Assembly (NCBI GenBank): GCA_945946745.1
Contig: CAMEWZ010000001.1
Location: forward strand, 1-40,484
Direction: 5' to 3'
Source of the DNA: an uncultured Clostridia bacterium
GTDB lineage: Bacteria; Bacillota; Clostridia; Oscillospirales; Oscillospiraceae
Length of the DNA stretch: 40,484 nt
Position numbers and translations under genes: made by a program. The notes beneath the pieces were generated by a model. The model was not told where the DNA came from and made no database searches. It worked only from the letters and a program-made list of their open reading frames with translations. Positions 1 through 9,158 of this stretch are shown piece by piece (within the stretch, counting starts at the first letter, position 1; each line of letters opens with the position of its first letter).

Positions 1-44
1 CGCACGAAAGGCTTGAAAGCCTTGGCTTTCAAGGCGTTTTGCGT
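1..44 (-). terminator. Hairpin downstream of hemL, possible hem operon terminator
   Basis: CTTGAAAGC-CTTG-GCTTTCAAG inverted repeat just past the hemL stop; poor U-tract and at the window edge. Confidence 0.4.
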
Positions 45-65
45 TGTTCAGTACGTATTATCTAA

Positions 66-1337
66 TCACAACGTGGGAGAAACGGCATTGGCGGCGCGGA
101 GAATTTGCTGGATATCCTCGTCCGTGTGGGCGTCGCACAGGAACATGGCCTCGAACTGGCTGGGGGCGGCGTAAATGCCCTGGGCCAGCAAGCCGTTGTA
201 CCAGCGGCTGAACCGTTTCCGGTGGGAACAACGGGCTTGGTCATAGCCCGAGACAGGCGAATCGGTAAAGAATATCGTCAGCAAAGAGCCAACTCGGTTG
301 ACCTGGGCGGGAACACCGGACAGAGCCTGCTCCAGTCCTGCCTGCAAGGCTGCGCCCTTGCGCTCCAGATTTTCGTAGATTTTCGGCGTGGTGCTGAGAA
401 TTTCCAGCTGCGCAAGGCCCGCGGCCATGGCCACCGGGTTGCCGGATAGGGTGCCTGCCTGGTACACCGGGCCGAGGGGAGCCACCAGCTCCATCAGCTT
501 CCGGCTGCCGCCGTAGGCTCCCACGGGCATACCACCGCCGATGATCTTGCCATAGGTCACCAAATCCGCCCGGACGCCGAAATATTCCTGTGCGCCCCCG
601 GGGGCCAGGCGGAAGCCGGTGATGACCTCGTCGAAAATCAGCAGACTGCCGTGACGGTCGCACAGCTGCCGCAAGCCCTGCAAAAAGCCGGGCTGGGGCG
701 GCACCACGCCCATGTTGGCGGCCACCGGTTCCACGATAATGGCGGCTACCTGGCCGGGATTGGCCAGCAGCAATTCTTCCACGCTGGCTAAGTCGTTATA
801 AGAGGCGGTGAGAATGTCTCCGGCGATGTCGGCGGGGACGCCCGCAGAATCCGGCGCGCCGCCGGTGAGGGCGCCGGAGCCGGCCTTGACCAGCATGGCG
901 TCGCAGTGACCGTGATAGCAGCCCGCGAATTTCATGATCTTACTTCTGCCGGTAGCGCCCCGGGCCAGCCGAAGGGCGGACATCACGGCTTCTGTACCGG
1001 AGTTGACCATGCGCACCATTTCGATGCCGGTCATCCGGCACACCAGCCGGGCCATCTCCACCTCCGCCGCTGTGGGGGCGCCGAAGCTTAAGCCCTTTTT
1101 CATTGCCGTCTGCACTGCCTGCTCCACTGCCGCGTGGCAGTGTCCCAGGATCAGCGGCCCCCAGGAGCCGATGAGGTCAATGTATTCCTTGCCGTCCACG
1201 TCCCAGACATGGCTGCCCAGGCCCCGATCCAGAAACCGGGGATAGGTGCCCACCGCCTGGCAGGCCCGCACCGGGGAGTTTACCCCGCCGGGGAGGTATT
1301 GCTGGGCCTGGGCAAAAAGCTGTTCCGACGTTGTCAT
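66..1337 (-). CDS. hemL: Glutamate-1-semialdehyde 2,1-aminomutase
   Basis: PGGVNSPVR, NSGTEA, YHGH, FDEVITGFR, GKIIGGGMP (PLP Lys), YQAGTLSGNP. Confidence 0.97.
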   Translation of the reverse strand: MTTSEQLFAQAQQYLPGGVNSPVRACQAVGTYPRFLDRGLGSHVWDVDGKEYIDLIGSWGPLILGHCHAAVEQAVQTAMKKGLSFGAPTAAEVEMARLVCRMTGIEMVRMVNSGTEAVMSALRLARGATGRSKIMKFAGCYHGHCDAMLVKAGSGALTGGAPDSAGVPADIAGDILTASYNDLASVEELLLANPGQVAAIIVEPVAANMGVVPPQPGFLQGLRQLCDRHGSLLIFDEVITGFRLAPGGAQEYFGVRADLVTYGKIIGGGMPVGAYGGSRKLMELVAPLGPVYQAGTLSGNPVAMAAGLAQLEILSTTPKIYENLERKGAALQAGLEQALSGVPAQVNRVGSLLTIFFTDSPVSGYDQARCSHRKRFSRWYNGLLAQGIYAAPSQFEAMFLCDAHTDEDIQQILRAANAVSPTL

Positions 1338-2320
1338 TAGCCCAGATCTCCTTTCTGCATGGCCCGGGCCAGTTCCTTGGCGAAATAGGTGATGAGAATA
1401 TCCGCTCCAGCCCGATAGATGGACAGGGCGCTTTCACACATGACCCGATACTCGTCGATCAGTCCGGCCTTGCCAGCCGCTTTGATCATGGCGTATTCCC
1501 CGCTGACGGAATAGGCAGCCAGGGGCAGGTCGAAGCGGTCGGCGCACTCCCGGATGATATCCAGATAGCTCAGTGCGGGCTTGACCATGAGAATGTCCGC
1601 TCCCTCCTGGACATCCAGGGCGCACTCCTTCATCGCTTCCTTCCGGTTGTGGGGATCCATCTGGTAGCCCCGGCGGTCGCCAAAGGCGGGGGCGGAACCG
1701 GCGGCGTCCCGGAAGGGGCCGTAGAAGGCAGAGGCGTACTTGGCGGAATAGGACATAATGGGGGTGTTTTCGTAGCCGTTTTCGTCCAGGGTTTTCCGGA
1801 TGGCGGCCACCCGGCCATCCATCATATCCGAGGGGGCCACCATATCCGCGCCTGCCTGGACATGGGACAGGGCGGTTTTGCACAGAACCTCCAAAGTTTT
1901 GTCGTTGTCCACGGTATGACCCTGGAGAATGCCGCAGTGGCCGTGGTCGGTGTACTCACACATGCACACATCGGTGATCACATAGCACTCGGGATAAGCG
2001 GCCTTGATGGCCCGGATGCCCTGCTGGACAACGCCGTTGGCATCCCAGGCGGAGGAGCCGCACGCGTCCTTGTGGGCGGGAATGCCAAAGAGCAGCACCC
2101 GGCGGACACCGGCGGCCATACAGGCGGCGATTTCCTCCCCAATCCGGTCGGGAGAGCAGCGCCACTGGCCCTCCAGAGAGGGGATGGGTTCCCGGATATG
2201 CTCCCCCTCGATCAGAAACAGGGGATACACCAGACTGTCGGGGGATACCCGGGTCTCCCGCACCATCCGGCGCAGATTGTCACAGGTACGCAGCCTGCGG
2301 GGGCGGTTTACAAGTTCCAT
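1337..2320 (-). CDS. hemB: Porphobilinogen synthase (Zn-type)
   Basis: RPRRLR, DVCMCEYTDHGHCG Zn motif, PSDMMDGR, SAFYGPFRDA, MVKPA, AYSVSGEYAM. Confidence 0.97.
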   Translation of the reverse strand: MELVNRPRRLRTCDNLRRMVRETRVSPDSLVYPLFLIEGEHIREPIPSLEGQWRCSPDRIGEEIAACMAAGVRRVLLFGIPAHKDACGSSAWDANGVVQQGIRAIKAAYPECYVITDVCMCEYTDHGHCGILQGHTVDNDKTLEVLCKTALSHVQAGADMVAPSDMMDGRVAAIRKTLDENGYENTPIMSYSAKYASAFYGPFRDAAGSAPAFGDRRGYQMDPHNRKEAMKECALDVQEGADILMVKPALSYLDIIRECADRFDLPLAAYSVSGEYAMIKAAGKAGLIDEYRVMCESALSIYRAGADILITYFAKELARAMQKGDLG

Positions 2321-2324
2321 TTTC

Positions 2325-3806
2325 TTACGCTCCTTTGACGCATTCTATCAGAGATTCCACTGTGGCCTCCCGGGCGATGGTGACGGGAATGCCGTATTTT
2401 TCCGCCTCCCGGGCGGTCTGGGGGCCGATGCAGCAGCCCAGCACCCGGGAAAAGTCCTCACCGGGGAGACTTTCTACAAAGCCCCGGACGGTGGAGGCGC
2501 TGGTGAAGGTCACCAGCAGCGGCTGGCGCAGCAGCGCCCGGATGGCGTCGCTGTTGGGGGCGGTATAGACCGTATCGTACAGCGCCACGTCCCGGAAGGG
2601 AATGCCCTCCCGGTGGAACAGCGCCGGCAGGGCGTCGCTGCCCTGGCTGGCCCGGCACAGCAGCACCGGCCCCGGAATCCGAGCCAGGGCCTGGGCCAGA
2701 TGCTCAGAGTCGTAGATTTCCGGCACCACATCCGCCCGCAGACCGAAGGGCGTTAAAGCGGCGGCGGTTTTCGGGCCGATGGCCGCTAGGGTCATCCCCG
2801 CCATCGCCCGGGCATCCAGCCCCAGGGCGAACAGCCGCCGGAAGAACAGCTCCGGCCCGGCGGGGCTGGTGAACACCAGACAGCGGTATTGGGAAAGGCC
2901 GTGGATGGCCTCGTCCAGGGCGGGGTTGTCCTCCCGGGGCACCGTACGGATGCAGGGGTAGGGGAGGACGGTTCCTCCCAGCGCCCGGAGCTTTTCACAT
3001 AGGGTGCCGCTGCGGTCGGCGGGACGGGTGACCACAATGGTTTTGCCCTTGAGGGGGAGACGGTCGAACCAATCGAAGGAATCCGACAGACCGCACACCG
3101 CCCCGACGACAATCACAGCGGGGCTTTCCACCCGGGCAGCCTCCGCCGCTTGGGGTAGGTTTTTTAGGGTGGAGATCACCTTCAGCTGCCGGGGCAGGGT
3201 GCCCCGTTCGATCACGGCGGCAGGGGTTTCGGGGGCCATGCCCGCTGTCTGCAATCCATGGCAGATCAGCGGCAGGGTGCTCACTCCCATGAGAAACACC
3301 AGCGTCCCTCCGGCGCGGCACAGCGCTTCAAAATCGATGCGCAGCGGCGCGCCTGCCCGGGCGTGGCCGGTGATGATGTGGACGCTGGAGCAGTAGTCCC
3401 GATGGGTTACGGGAATCCCGGCGTAGGCGGGCACCGCCAGAGCCGAGGTCACCCCCGGCACCACCTGGAAGGGCACGCCGTTTTGGGCCAGCAGCTCCAA
3501 TTCCTCCCCGCCCCGGCCAAAGAGGAAGGGGTCGCCGCCTTTGAGGCGCACCACCCGTTTTCCGGCCAGGGCGTTTTCCAGAAGGATGCGGTTGATCTGC
3601 TCCTGGGGGACGATGTGGCGGCTGGCCTGCTTGCCCACGTCGATTTTTTCCGCGTTTTCGGGAATCAGAGCCAGAATTTCCGGCCCTACCAGCCGGTCGT
3701 AGACCACTACCTGGGCTTGCACCAGAGCCTCCCGGCCCTTTTGGGTCAGAAGCCCCGGGTCGCCGGGGCCTGCTCCGACCAGAATCACATTGCCATTATG
3801 TTCCAT
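2325..3806 (-). CDS. cobA: Fused uroporphyrinogen-III C-methyltransferase / uroporphyrinogen-III synthase (CobA-HemD)
   Basis: N-terminal GAGPGDPGLLT, RLKGGDPFLFGRGGEE; C-terminal VTRP, VFTSP, AIGPKTA, TFTSASTV. Start moved to ATG 3806 (GGAGG upstream). Confidence 0.93.
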   Translation of the reverse strand: MEHNGNVILVGAGPGDPGLLTQKGREALVQAQVVVYDRLVGPEILALIPENAEKIDVGKQASRHIVPQEQINRILLENALAGKRVVRLKGGDPFLFGRGGEELELLAQNGVPFQVVPGVTSALAVPAYAGIPVTHRDYCSSVHIITGHARAGAPLRIDFEALCRAGGTLVFLMGVSTLPLICHGLQTAGMAPETPAAVIERGTLPRQLKVISTLKNLPQAAEAARVESPAVIVVGAVCGLSDSFDWFDRLPLKGKTIVVTRPADRSGTLCEKLRALGGTVLPYPCIRTVPREDNPALDEAIHGLSQYRCLVFTSPAGPELFFRRLFALGLDARAMAGMTLAAIGPKTAAALTPFGLRADVVPEIYDSEHLAQALARIPGPVLLCRASQGSDALPALFHREGIPFRDVALYDTVYTAPNSDAIRALLRQPLLVTFTSASTVRGFVESLPGEDFSRVLGCCIGPQTAREAEKYGIPVTIAREATVESLIECVKGA

Positions 3807-4671
3807 GGGATAATTCCTCCGCCAGTGCCCGGCCCAGTGCCTCGGCATCGGCACGGCCGCCGGTGATGCTGCCCTTGCGGGTCAGGGTCTCATCCGGGCT
3901 GACATACAGCCCGGTCAATGTCAATTCTTCTCCTGCCGTCTCGGCGTAGGCCGCCACTGGAGAGGTGCAGCCGCCGCCCAAGGCCCGGACGAAGGCTCGC
4001 TCCGCCAGCGCGCAGCAGGCGGCATCCTCGTCGTGCACCAGGGCCAGACATCCGGTGTCCGTGCCCAGTCGGGTCTGCACCGCCAGAATGCCCTGGCCCG
4101 CTGCGGGGAGCAGCTCCTCCGGAGAGAAATAACGGCTGATCCGGTTTTCCAAGCCCAGCCGCTTCAGCCCGGCTGCCGCCAGCACCAGGGCGGAAAATTC
4201 CCCCCGATCCAGCTTGGCCAGCCGGGTCTGTACGTTGCCCCGGACGGGGGCAGTCTCCATCCCGGGAAACAGGGCTTGCAGCTGCAATTGCCGCCGCCGG
4301 GAGGCGCAGCCGATGGGCTTTCCCGGCGTCCATTCCCGGACGCCCTCCGGCAGCACCAGCACGTCCCGGGGATCCTCCCGCCGGGACAATGCCGCGATGG
4401 GCAGCTCCGGAGGCAGTTCCATGGGCATATCCTTTAGGGAGTGGACGGTAAAATCCACTTTTTTCTCCCGGAGAGCCTGATCCAGTTCCCGGACGAACAG
4501 ACCTTTGCCGCCGATCTGCTCCAGGGTTCTGTCCAGGATCTTGTCTCCGGTGGTTTTCATGGTGACGAGGGCGATGTCCGCCTCCGGCCGAGCGGCGCGG
4601 ATGCCCTCCATTATGAGTTCGCTTTGAATCATGGCCAGCCGGCTGTCCCGGCTTCCGATGCGGATGGTCAT
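3796..4671 (-). CDS. hemC: Hydroxymethylbilane synthase
   Basis: IGSRDSRLAMIQ, GGKGLF, VHSLKDMP, RGNVQTRL, PAAGQG, GGCTSP; true start ATG 4671 overlapping the hemA stop. Confidence 0.95.
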   Translation of the reverse strand: MTIRIGSRDSRLAMIQSELIMEGIRAARPEADIALVTMKTTGDKILDRTLEQIGGKGLFVRELDQALREKKVDFTVHSLKDMPMELPPELPIAALSRREDPRDVLVLPEGVREWTPGKPIGCASRRRQLQLQALFPGMETAPVRGNVQTRLAKLDRGEFSALVLAAAGLKRLGLENRISRYFSPEELLPAAGQGILAVQTRLGTDTGCLALVHDEDAACCALAERAFVRALGGGCTSPVAAYAETAGEELTLTGLYVSPDETLTRKGSITGGRADAEALGRALAEELSHGT

Positions 4672-6086
4672 GGCAGTTCCTCCAATACATGGCGAATGGC
4701 CTTCGCCGCCCGGGCGGTTTTGTGGTGATCCTTTCCGGTGGACACCACCCCCGCGATGAGATCCCCTCCGGTGCAGACCGCGGGGAAGTAAAAGCTGCAT
4801 TCGGCCTCGCAGTCCGCCACGGACACGGGGATGCCCAGTGCCTGGGCATCCAGCCCCACCTGGCGGTTGACCTGCCGGTCGCTGGTGGCGGCGATGGCGA
4901 GGTACGCCCCTTCCAGGTCGCCGTGGCGGTAGGGCCGTTTTTGCCAGGTCAGTCCTTCGCTGCTGCAGGACAGCTCCGGGGAAATCACCGTAATCCGGCA
5001 GCCAAACAGCCGCAGCGTCCCGATGCGTCGGGCAGCGATGGTGCCCCCGCCCACCAGTACCACCTTTTTTCCGCTTAAGTCTACGAACAGGGGGAACCGG
5101 GGCGGCCGCTGGGGCAGGGACTGCCGCCGCTGCCATTGGGTGAATTTATCCAGCTCCTCCCGGACGATTTCCTCCATGGCGGCGATTTCCCCGGGAGCGC
5201 CGGGGCCTTCCAGACCCAGCGCGTCCATGTCGTAAACGGGCACAGTCCCGGCGCAGGCCGGGTCGATATCCCGGGGCACCGCCAAATCCACAGCCACCCT
5301 GGGCGGGTGGGAGAGGGTTTCCAGCTGGGCAGCCGTCAAGGTATAGTGGGGGCTGGCGGTGGCGCTGACCAGGGCATCCATCCCATCCAGCGCGGTCAGC
5401 CGGTCTTCGTAGGCCACGGGGGTGCAGCCTGGGGGGAGGGGAGCCTGTCCGTGGCGGTAGGCCCGCAGGGTAACCCAAACCGCCGCGCCGGACTGGCGCA
5501 GCACGGACGCGGCCAGCTGCCCCATCTGGCCGTTTCCAATTACCAGAATTCTCCGGTTTTCCAGGGTTCCCAGTTCCCGGGTCAAGATGTTCTGGCACCG
5601 GCTGCCGATGGAGGGGGCGTCCCGGGTGAGGGTGACCTCCGATCTGGCCCGCTTTCCAGCGGTGACGGCGGTGCGGAACAGGGCGGACAGGGTAGCGTCC
5701 GCAGTTTGCGCCTGCTGGGCCAGTTCCATGGCCCGGCGCACCTGGGTGATGATCTGGGCTTCTCCCAGAATCTGGGAGCGAAGCCCGCAGGCAACCTCCA
5801 GCAAATGCCGGGCGGCGTCCGGGCCGCAGCGGGTGGTGAAGCAGCCGTCCATAGGTGCTTCCGCCACCCCCGCCCCCTGGCACAGCAGCCGCCAGGGGGT
5901 TTCCGGGGAACCGGTGAGGTACAGCTCCGTCCGGTTGCAGGTGGACAGCAGCACACAGCCCTCCACCCCCGGCTGACAGCGCAGCCAGGCCAGCAGGGAA
6001 CGCACCTGGTCGGGGGAACAGGCCAGCTTTTCCCGGATATCCAGGGCGGCGTGGCGGTAGTCCAGACCGGACATAACAAGGTTCAT
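4668..6086 (-). CDS. hemA: Glutamyl-tRNA reductase fused to a C-terminal precorrin-2 dehydrogenase (SirC/Met8/CysG-B-like) domain
   Basis: STCNRTE catalytic Cys, SQILGEAQI, GNGQMG, DLAVPRDI; then FPLFVDLSGKKVVLVGGGTIAARR...IAATSDRQVN...CSFYFPA. Confidence 0.9.
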   Translation of the reverse strand: MNLVMSGLDYRHAALDIREKLACSPDQVRSLLAWLRCQPGVEGCVLLSTCNRTELYLTGSPETPWRLLCQGAGVAEAPMDGCFTTRCGPDAARHLLEVACGLRSQILGEAQIITQVRRAMELAQQAQTADATLSALFRTAVTAGKRARSEVTLTRDAPSIGSRCQNILTRELGTLENRRILVIGNGQMGQLAASVLRQSGAAVWVTLRAYRHGQAPLPPGCTPVAYEDRLTALDGMDALVSATASPHYTLTAAQLETLSHPPRVAVDLAVPRDIDPACAGTVPVYDMDALGLEGPGAPGEIAAMEEIVREELDKFTQWQRRQSLPQRPPRFPLFVDLSGKKVVLVGGGTIAARRIGTLRLFGCRITVISPELSCSSEGLTWQKRPYRHGDLEGAYLAIAATSDRQVNRQVGLDAQALGIPVSVADCEAECSFYFPAVCTGGDLIAGVVSTGKDHHKTARAAKAIRHVLEELP

Positions 6087-6135
6087 AGCGTGTCTCCTTC
6101 AGAAAGGGGGATTCCATCCCAGTTCCGGGTTTTGC

Positions 6136-6164
6136 TTGCAATTGCGCCGGGAGTGTGGTATGCT
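6136..6164 (+). promoter_or_regulatory. sigmaA promoter for the DtxR-family regulator
   Basis: TTGCAA-17bp-TATGCT with TG extension. Confidence 0.55.
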
Positions 6165-6196
6165 AGAAAAAACAGACAGAATAAGGAGGGGCCGTC

Positions 6197-6562
6197 ATGG
6201 ATGTTCATGAATCCGGCGAAATGTATCTGGAGGCCATACTGGTATTGTCCAAGCGCAGCGGCTTTGTCCGGGCCGTTGATGTGGGGGAGTACCTGGGGTA
6301 TTCCAAGCCCAGTGTGTCCCGGGCCATGGGCATTCTGCGCAAGGGCGGGTATATCCAGACGGACAAGGACGGCGCCATCCAATTGACGGACACGGGCCGG
6401 GCCTACGCGGAGAAGATTTACGAGCGCCATACCCTGCTGTCCCGGGTGCTGATGCAGCTGGGGGTACAGGAGGCGGTGGCCGTGGCGGATGCCTGCAAGA
6501 TAGAGCACGCCATCTCCGACGAATCATTCCAGGCCATTAAGCGCCATTGCGGGAAAGCGTGA
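6197..6562 (+). CDS. DtxR/MntR-family metal-dependent transcriptional regulator
   Basis: ESGEMYLEAI, SKPSVSRAM HTH, ERH, DACKIEH metal ligands; no FeoA domain. Confidence 0.9.
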   Translation: MDVHESGEMYLEAILVLSKRSGFVRAVDVGEYLGYSKPSVSRAMGILRKGGYIQTDKDGAIQLTDTGRAYAEKIYERHTLLSRVLMQLGVQEAVAVADACKIEHAISDESFQAIKRHCGKA

Positions 6563-6586
6563 CCCGATTTCTTCCCGGCAGGGAAT

Positions 6587-6613
6587 GGGCGGCGTAGTAC
6601 GCCGCCCGGTTTT
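6587..6613. terminator. Hairpin terminator between convergent regulator and trxA
   Basis: GGGCGGCGT-AGT-ACGCCGCCC followed by a T-run. Confidence 0.65.
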
Positions 6614-6924
6614 TATACATCCAGCAGTTTTTCAATTTCCGCCTTGGGCCGGTAGCCGATCAGCTTGTCCATCACCTGGCCGTTTTGCAGCAGCACCAGG
6701 GTGGGGATGCTGGTGATGCTGAATTGCATGGCAAGCTCCAGTTCCTCGTCCACATTGACCTTGCCCACCAGAACGTCCTCCCGCTCCTGGGCAATTTCCG
6801 CCACAATGGGCGCCACCATCCGGCAGGGGCCGCACCAGGTGGCCCAGAAATCCAGCAGCACCGGCTTGTCGCTGTGCATCACCAGCGTGTCAAAATTATT
6901 CTTTGTAATGGTGATCTCAGACAT
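6613..6924 (-). CDS. trxA: Thioredoxin
   Basis: DFWATWCGPC, SIPTL; ATG 6924 with AAAGGAG RBS; upstream TTGCAT-17-TATACT at 6987-6959. Confidence 0.95.
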   Translation of the reverse strand: MSEITITKNNFDTLVMHSDKPVLLDFWATWCGPCRMVAPIVAEIAQEREDVLVGKVNVDEELELAMQFSITSIPTLVLLQNGQVMDKLIGYRPKAEIEKLLDV

Positions 6925-7006
6925 GAAATCCACTCCTTTGCATGATGTTCTACGCTTTAGTATATCCTAAATCCCCTTGGGATGCAATAGGCAATTCGGC
7001 GATGAT

Positions 7007-7035
7007 TTGACATTTGGGGCCGGGTCTGATATGAT
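7007..7035 (+). promoter_or_regulatory. sigmaA promoter
   Basis: TTGACA-17bp-TATGAT with TG extension. Confidence 0.7.
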
Positions 7036-7062
7036 GCGAAAAAGGAAACAAGGAGGATGTTT

Positions 7063-7413
7063 ATGGGTTGCAATGGAAACTGCGGCGGCTGCACCGGGTG
7101 CGCCCGGGAGCTGGTGCTGACGGAGCCGGAGATCGGACTGCTGCGGGAACTGGGGCAAATTCCCTTCCTGCCGGTGGCCCGGCAGCTGGGGGACTTGACC
7201 CCGGTGTATCTGGAAGCCGGCGATCGGGAGCAAATGAGCCTGGTGCTGCAGGCGCTGGAAAAGAAGGGGCTGATTTCCCTGGATTATGATAAGCCGCTGG
7301 CAGGAATGGAGCGTGCCTACGCAGCCTACCCCATCCGGGGCAGCATGGCGCTGACGGAAAGGGGACAAAAGGTACTGGAACTGATGGAATATCAAGGCAT
7401 CCAGCCGGAATAA
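7063..7413 (+). CDS. Hypothetical protein with N-terminal Cys cluster and winged-helix-like C-terminus
   Basis: AGGAGG RBS; MGCNGNCGGCTGC; LQALEKKGLISL...LTERGQKVLE. Confidence 0.7.
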   Translation: MGCNGNCGGCTGCARELVLTEPEIGLLRELGQIPFLPVARQLGDLTPVYLEAGDREQMSLVLQALEKKGLISLDYDKPLAGMERAYAAYPIRGSMALTERGQKVLELMEYQGIQPE

Positions 7414-7431
7414 CGAAAAGAGGAACCGACC

Positions 7432-7923
7432 ATGAGCATTGTAAAGAACGAACCGAAATACAAAAATGGCATCCTTCAAGCCATCCGCGCCCAGCTGGAG
7501 CACCGGGCCCACTGGCTGTACCTGCTGTGCGACGAGGCAGGCAAGCGGGGCCTGGCTTGGCGGGCCGTGGGGGAACCGGCCGTTCGCCGCTGCGGGCTGT
7601 CCCAGGGCGCGGAGCTGGTGAAAAAAGGAGGCACCGACAGCCTGAAGGGCCTGCGCAAGACCCTGTTTACCAAGCCCGCCCAGCTGGTTTTTGAGATGGA
7701 CGTGCTGGAAAGCACCGATGACAAGCTGTCCATTGATTTCCACTACTGCCCCCTGGTGAAGGCCTGGCAGAAGGCCGGATGCACCGATGAACAGATCGCC
7801 ACGCTGTGCGACATCGCCATGTGCGGCGACCACGGTATCGGCGAGTGTTACGGCGCGGTGCTGGATCTACCCAAGTGCATCGCCAAGGGCGACGAGGTCT
7901 GTTCCCTGCGGTATCACAAGTAA
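7432..7923 (+). CDS. L-2-amino-thiazoline-4-carboxylate hydrolase-like (ATC hydrolase/V4R-like) protein
   Basis: IDFHYCPLVKAW, LCDIAMCGD, IAKGDEVC pattern. Confidence 0.7.
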   Translation: MSIVKNEPKYKNGILQAIRAQLEHRAHWLYLLCDEAGKRGLAWRAVGEPAVRRCGLSQGAELVKKGGTDSLKGLRKTLFTKPAQLVFEMDVLESTDDKLSIDFHYCPLVKAWQKAGCTDEQIATLCDIAMCGDHGIGECYGAVLDLPKCIAKGDEVCSLRYHK

Positions 7924-7940
7924 GCCTTTCTTGATGAAAG

Positions 7941-7976
7941 CGGAAGGAGCCGGGAAACCGGTTTCTTCCGTTTTTT
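7941..7976 (+). terminator. Intrinsic terminator
   Basis: CGGAAGGAGCCGG/CCGGTTTCTTCCG followed by T6. Confidence 0.75.
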
Positions 7977-8068
7977 CGGTTTGACAGTTGATTTCCCGGG
8001 CTGTATTCGCTATAATAAGTCATTACACGCGAAATGTGCGGAAAAACATTTTGGAATGGAAGAATGCA

Positions 8069-8782
8069 ATGAATTTTCGGGAATACCGGGCAGGCGTCAG
8101 CCGGGGCCTGCCTGTGGGAATGGGCTATTTTTCGGTGAGCTTCGGCTTCGGGGCCATGGCGGTGAGCCAGGGGCTTCGGGCGCTGGACGCCACCTTGATC
8201 TCACTGACCAATCTGACCAGCGCGGGGCAGTTTGCGGGACTGACCGTCATCGTGGCGGCGGCGGGACTGTGGGAGCTGGTGCTGACGCAGCTGATTATCA
8301 ACAGCCGCTACGCGCTGATGAGTCTGGCGCTGAGCCAGCGGATGGGACAGAAGATCGGCTTTTTGCCCCGGCTGCTCATCGCGTTTTTTAACACCGATGA
8401 AATTTTTGCCCTGGCTATGGCCCGTCAGGAACCGCTGACGGTGCCCTTTTTGCTGGGGCTGGGCACGCTGCCGATTTTGGGCTGGACAGGGGGCACCCTT
8501 TGCGGCGCCTTGGCCGGTTCGGTGCTGCCGGAGTCCATCCGGACGGCTCTGGGGGTGATGCTCTACGGCATGTTCATCGCCATCGTTGTGCCGCCCGCCA
8601 AGCGGGAACGGCGGATTTTGGCGGCAGTGGTACTGTCGTTGGTGCTGAGCAGCCTGTTCACCTGGGTGCCCGCGCTGGCGAAAATCTCTGCGGGCCTTGC
8701 CATCGTGATCTGCACCGTGGCGGCGGCTGCCGTCTGCGCGGCGCTGTTCCCTGTCAAAGAGGAAGAGGAGGCGGCGGTATGA
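8069..8782 (+). CDS. azlC: AzlC-family branched-chain amino acid exporter
   Basis: GLPVGMGY, SAGQFA, INSRY, NTDEIFA; promoter TTGATT-17-TATAAT at 7988-8016. Confidence 0.9.
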   Translation: MNFREYRAGVSRGLPVGMGYFSVSFGFGAMAVSQGLRALDATLISLTNLTSAGQFAGLTVIVAAAGLWELVLTQLIINSRYALMSLALSQRMGQKIGFLPRLLIAFFNTDEIFALAMARQEPLTVPFLLGLGTLPILGWTGGTLCGALAGSVLPESIRTALGVMLYGMFIAIVVPPAKRERRILAAVVLSLVLSSLFTWVPALAKISAGLAIVICTVAAAAVCAALFPVKEEEEAAV

Positions 8783-9090
8783 GCATTTACGTCTACATTT
8801 TCGCCATGGCGCTGACCACTTACCTCATCCGGGTGCTGCCCATGACCATTTTCCGCAAGCCCATCAAAAGCCGCTTCCTGCGCTCGTTTTTATACTATGT
8901 GCCCTACTGCTGCCTGACGGCGATGACCTTCCCGGCGATTTTGAGCAGCACATCGTCGCTGCTCAGCGGCGCGGCGGCGCTGATCGTGGCGGTTATTTTG
9001 GCCTACCGGGGCAAGAGCTTGATCGTGGTGGCCCTGAGCAGCAGCGCGGCGGTGCTGCTGACCCAGTGGGCTTTGGCGCTGCTGGGTTAA
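8779..9090 (+). CDS. azlD: AzlD-family small membrane protein
   Basis: TYLIRVLP, FLYYVPY; ATGA overlap with azlC. Confidence 0.88.
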   Translation: MSIYVYIFAMALTTYLIRVLPMTIFRKPIKSRFLRSFLYYVPYCCLTAMTFPAILSSTSSLLSGAAALIVAVILAYRGKSLIVVALSSSAAVLLTQWALALLG

Positions 9091-9158
9091 CAAAACCGCT
9101 TTTTAGGAACAATCTGGAAGAAATATTGTAAATAAACTGTGTATTTCCCTGGTTTGAC

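Noticed and set aside
42-70. Possible dif site (TATTATCTAAT resembles a XerD arm)
   Set aside because: No convincing XerC arm and too many mismatches to Bacillota or E. coli dif
3796-5136. 446-aa extended HemC in the ORF track
   Set aside because: The extension overlaps the SirC domain in another frame; the real start is ATG 4671
6150-6190. sigmaE-like promoter for the hem operon (CATACCAC on the minus strand)
   Set aside because: Weak match that is simply the reverse complement of the regulator's -10 element
1331-6386. Long opposite-strand or alternate-frame ORFs (1331..2338, 3890..4849, 5136..6386, 5146..6141)
   Set aside because: Shadow ORFs of high-GC hem genes; no motifs or RBS
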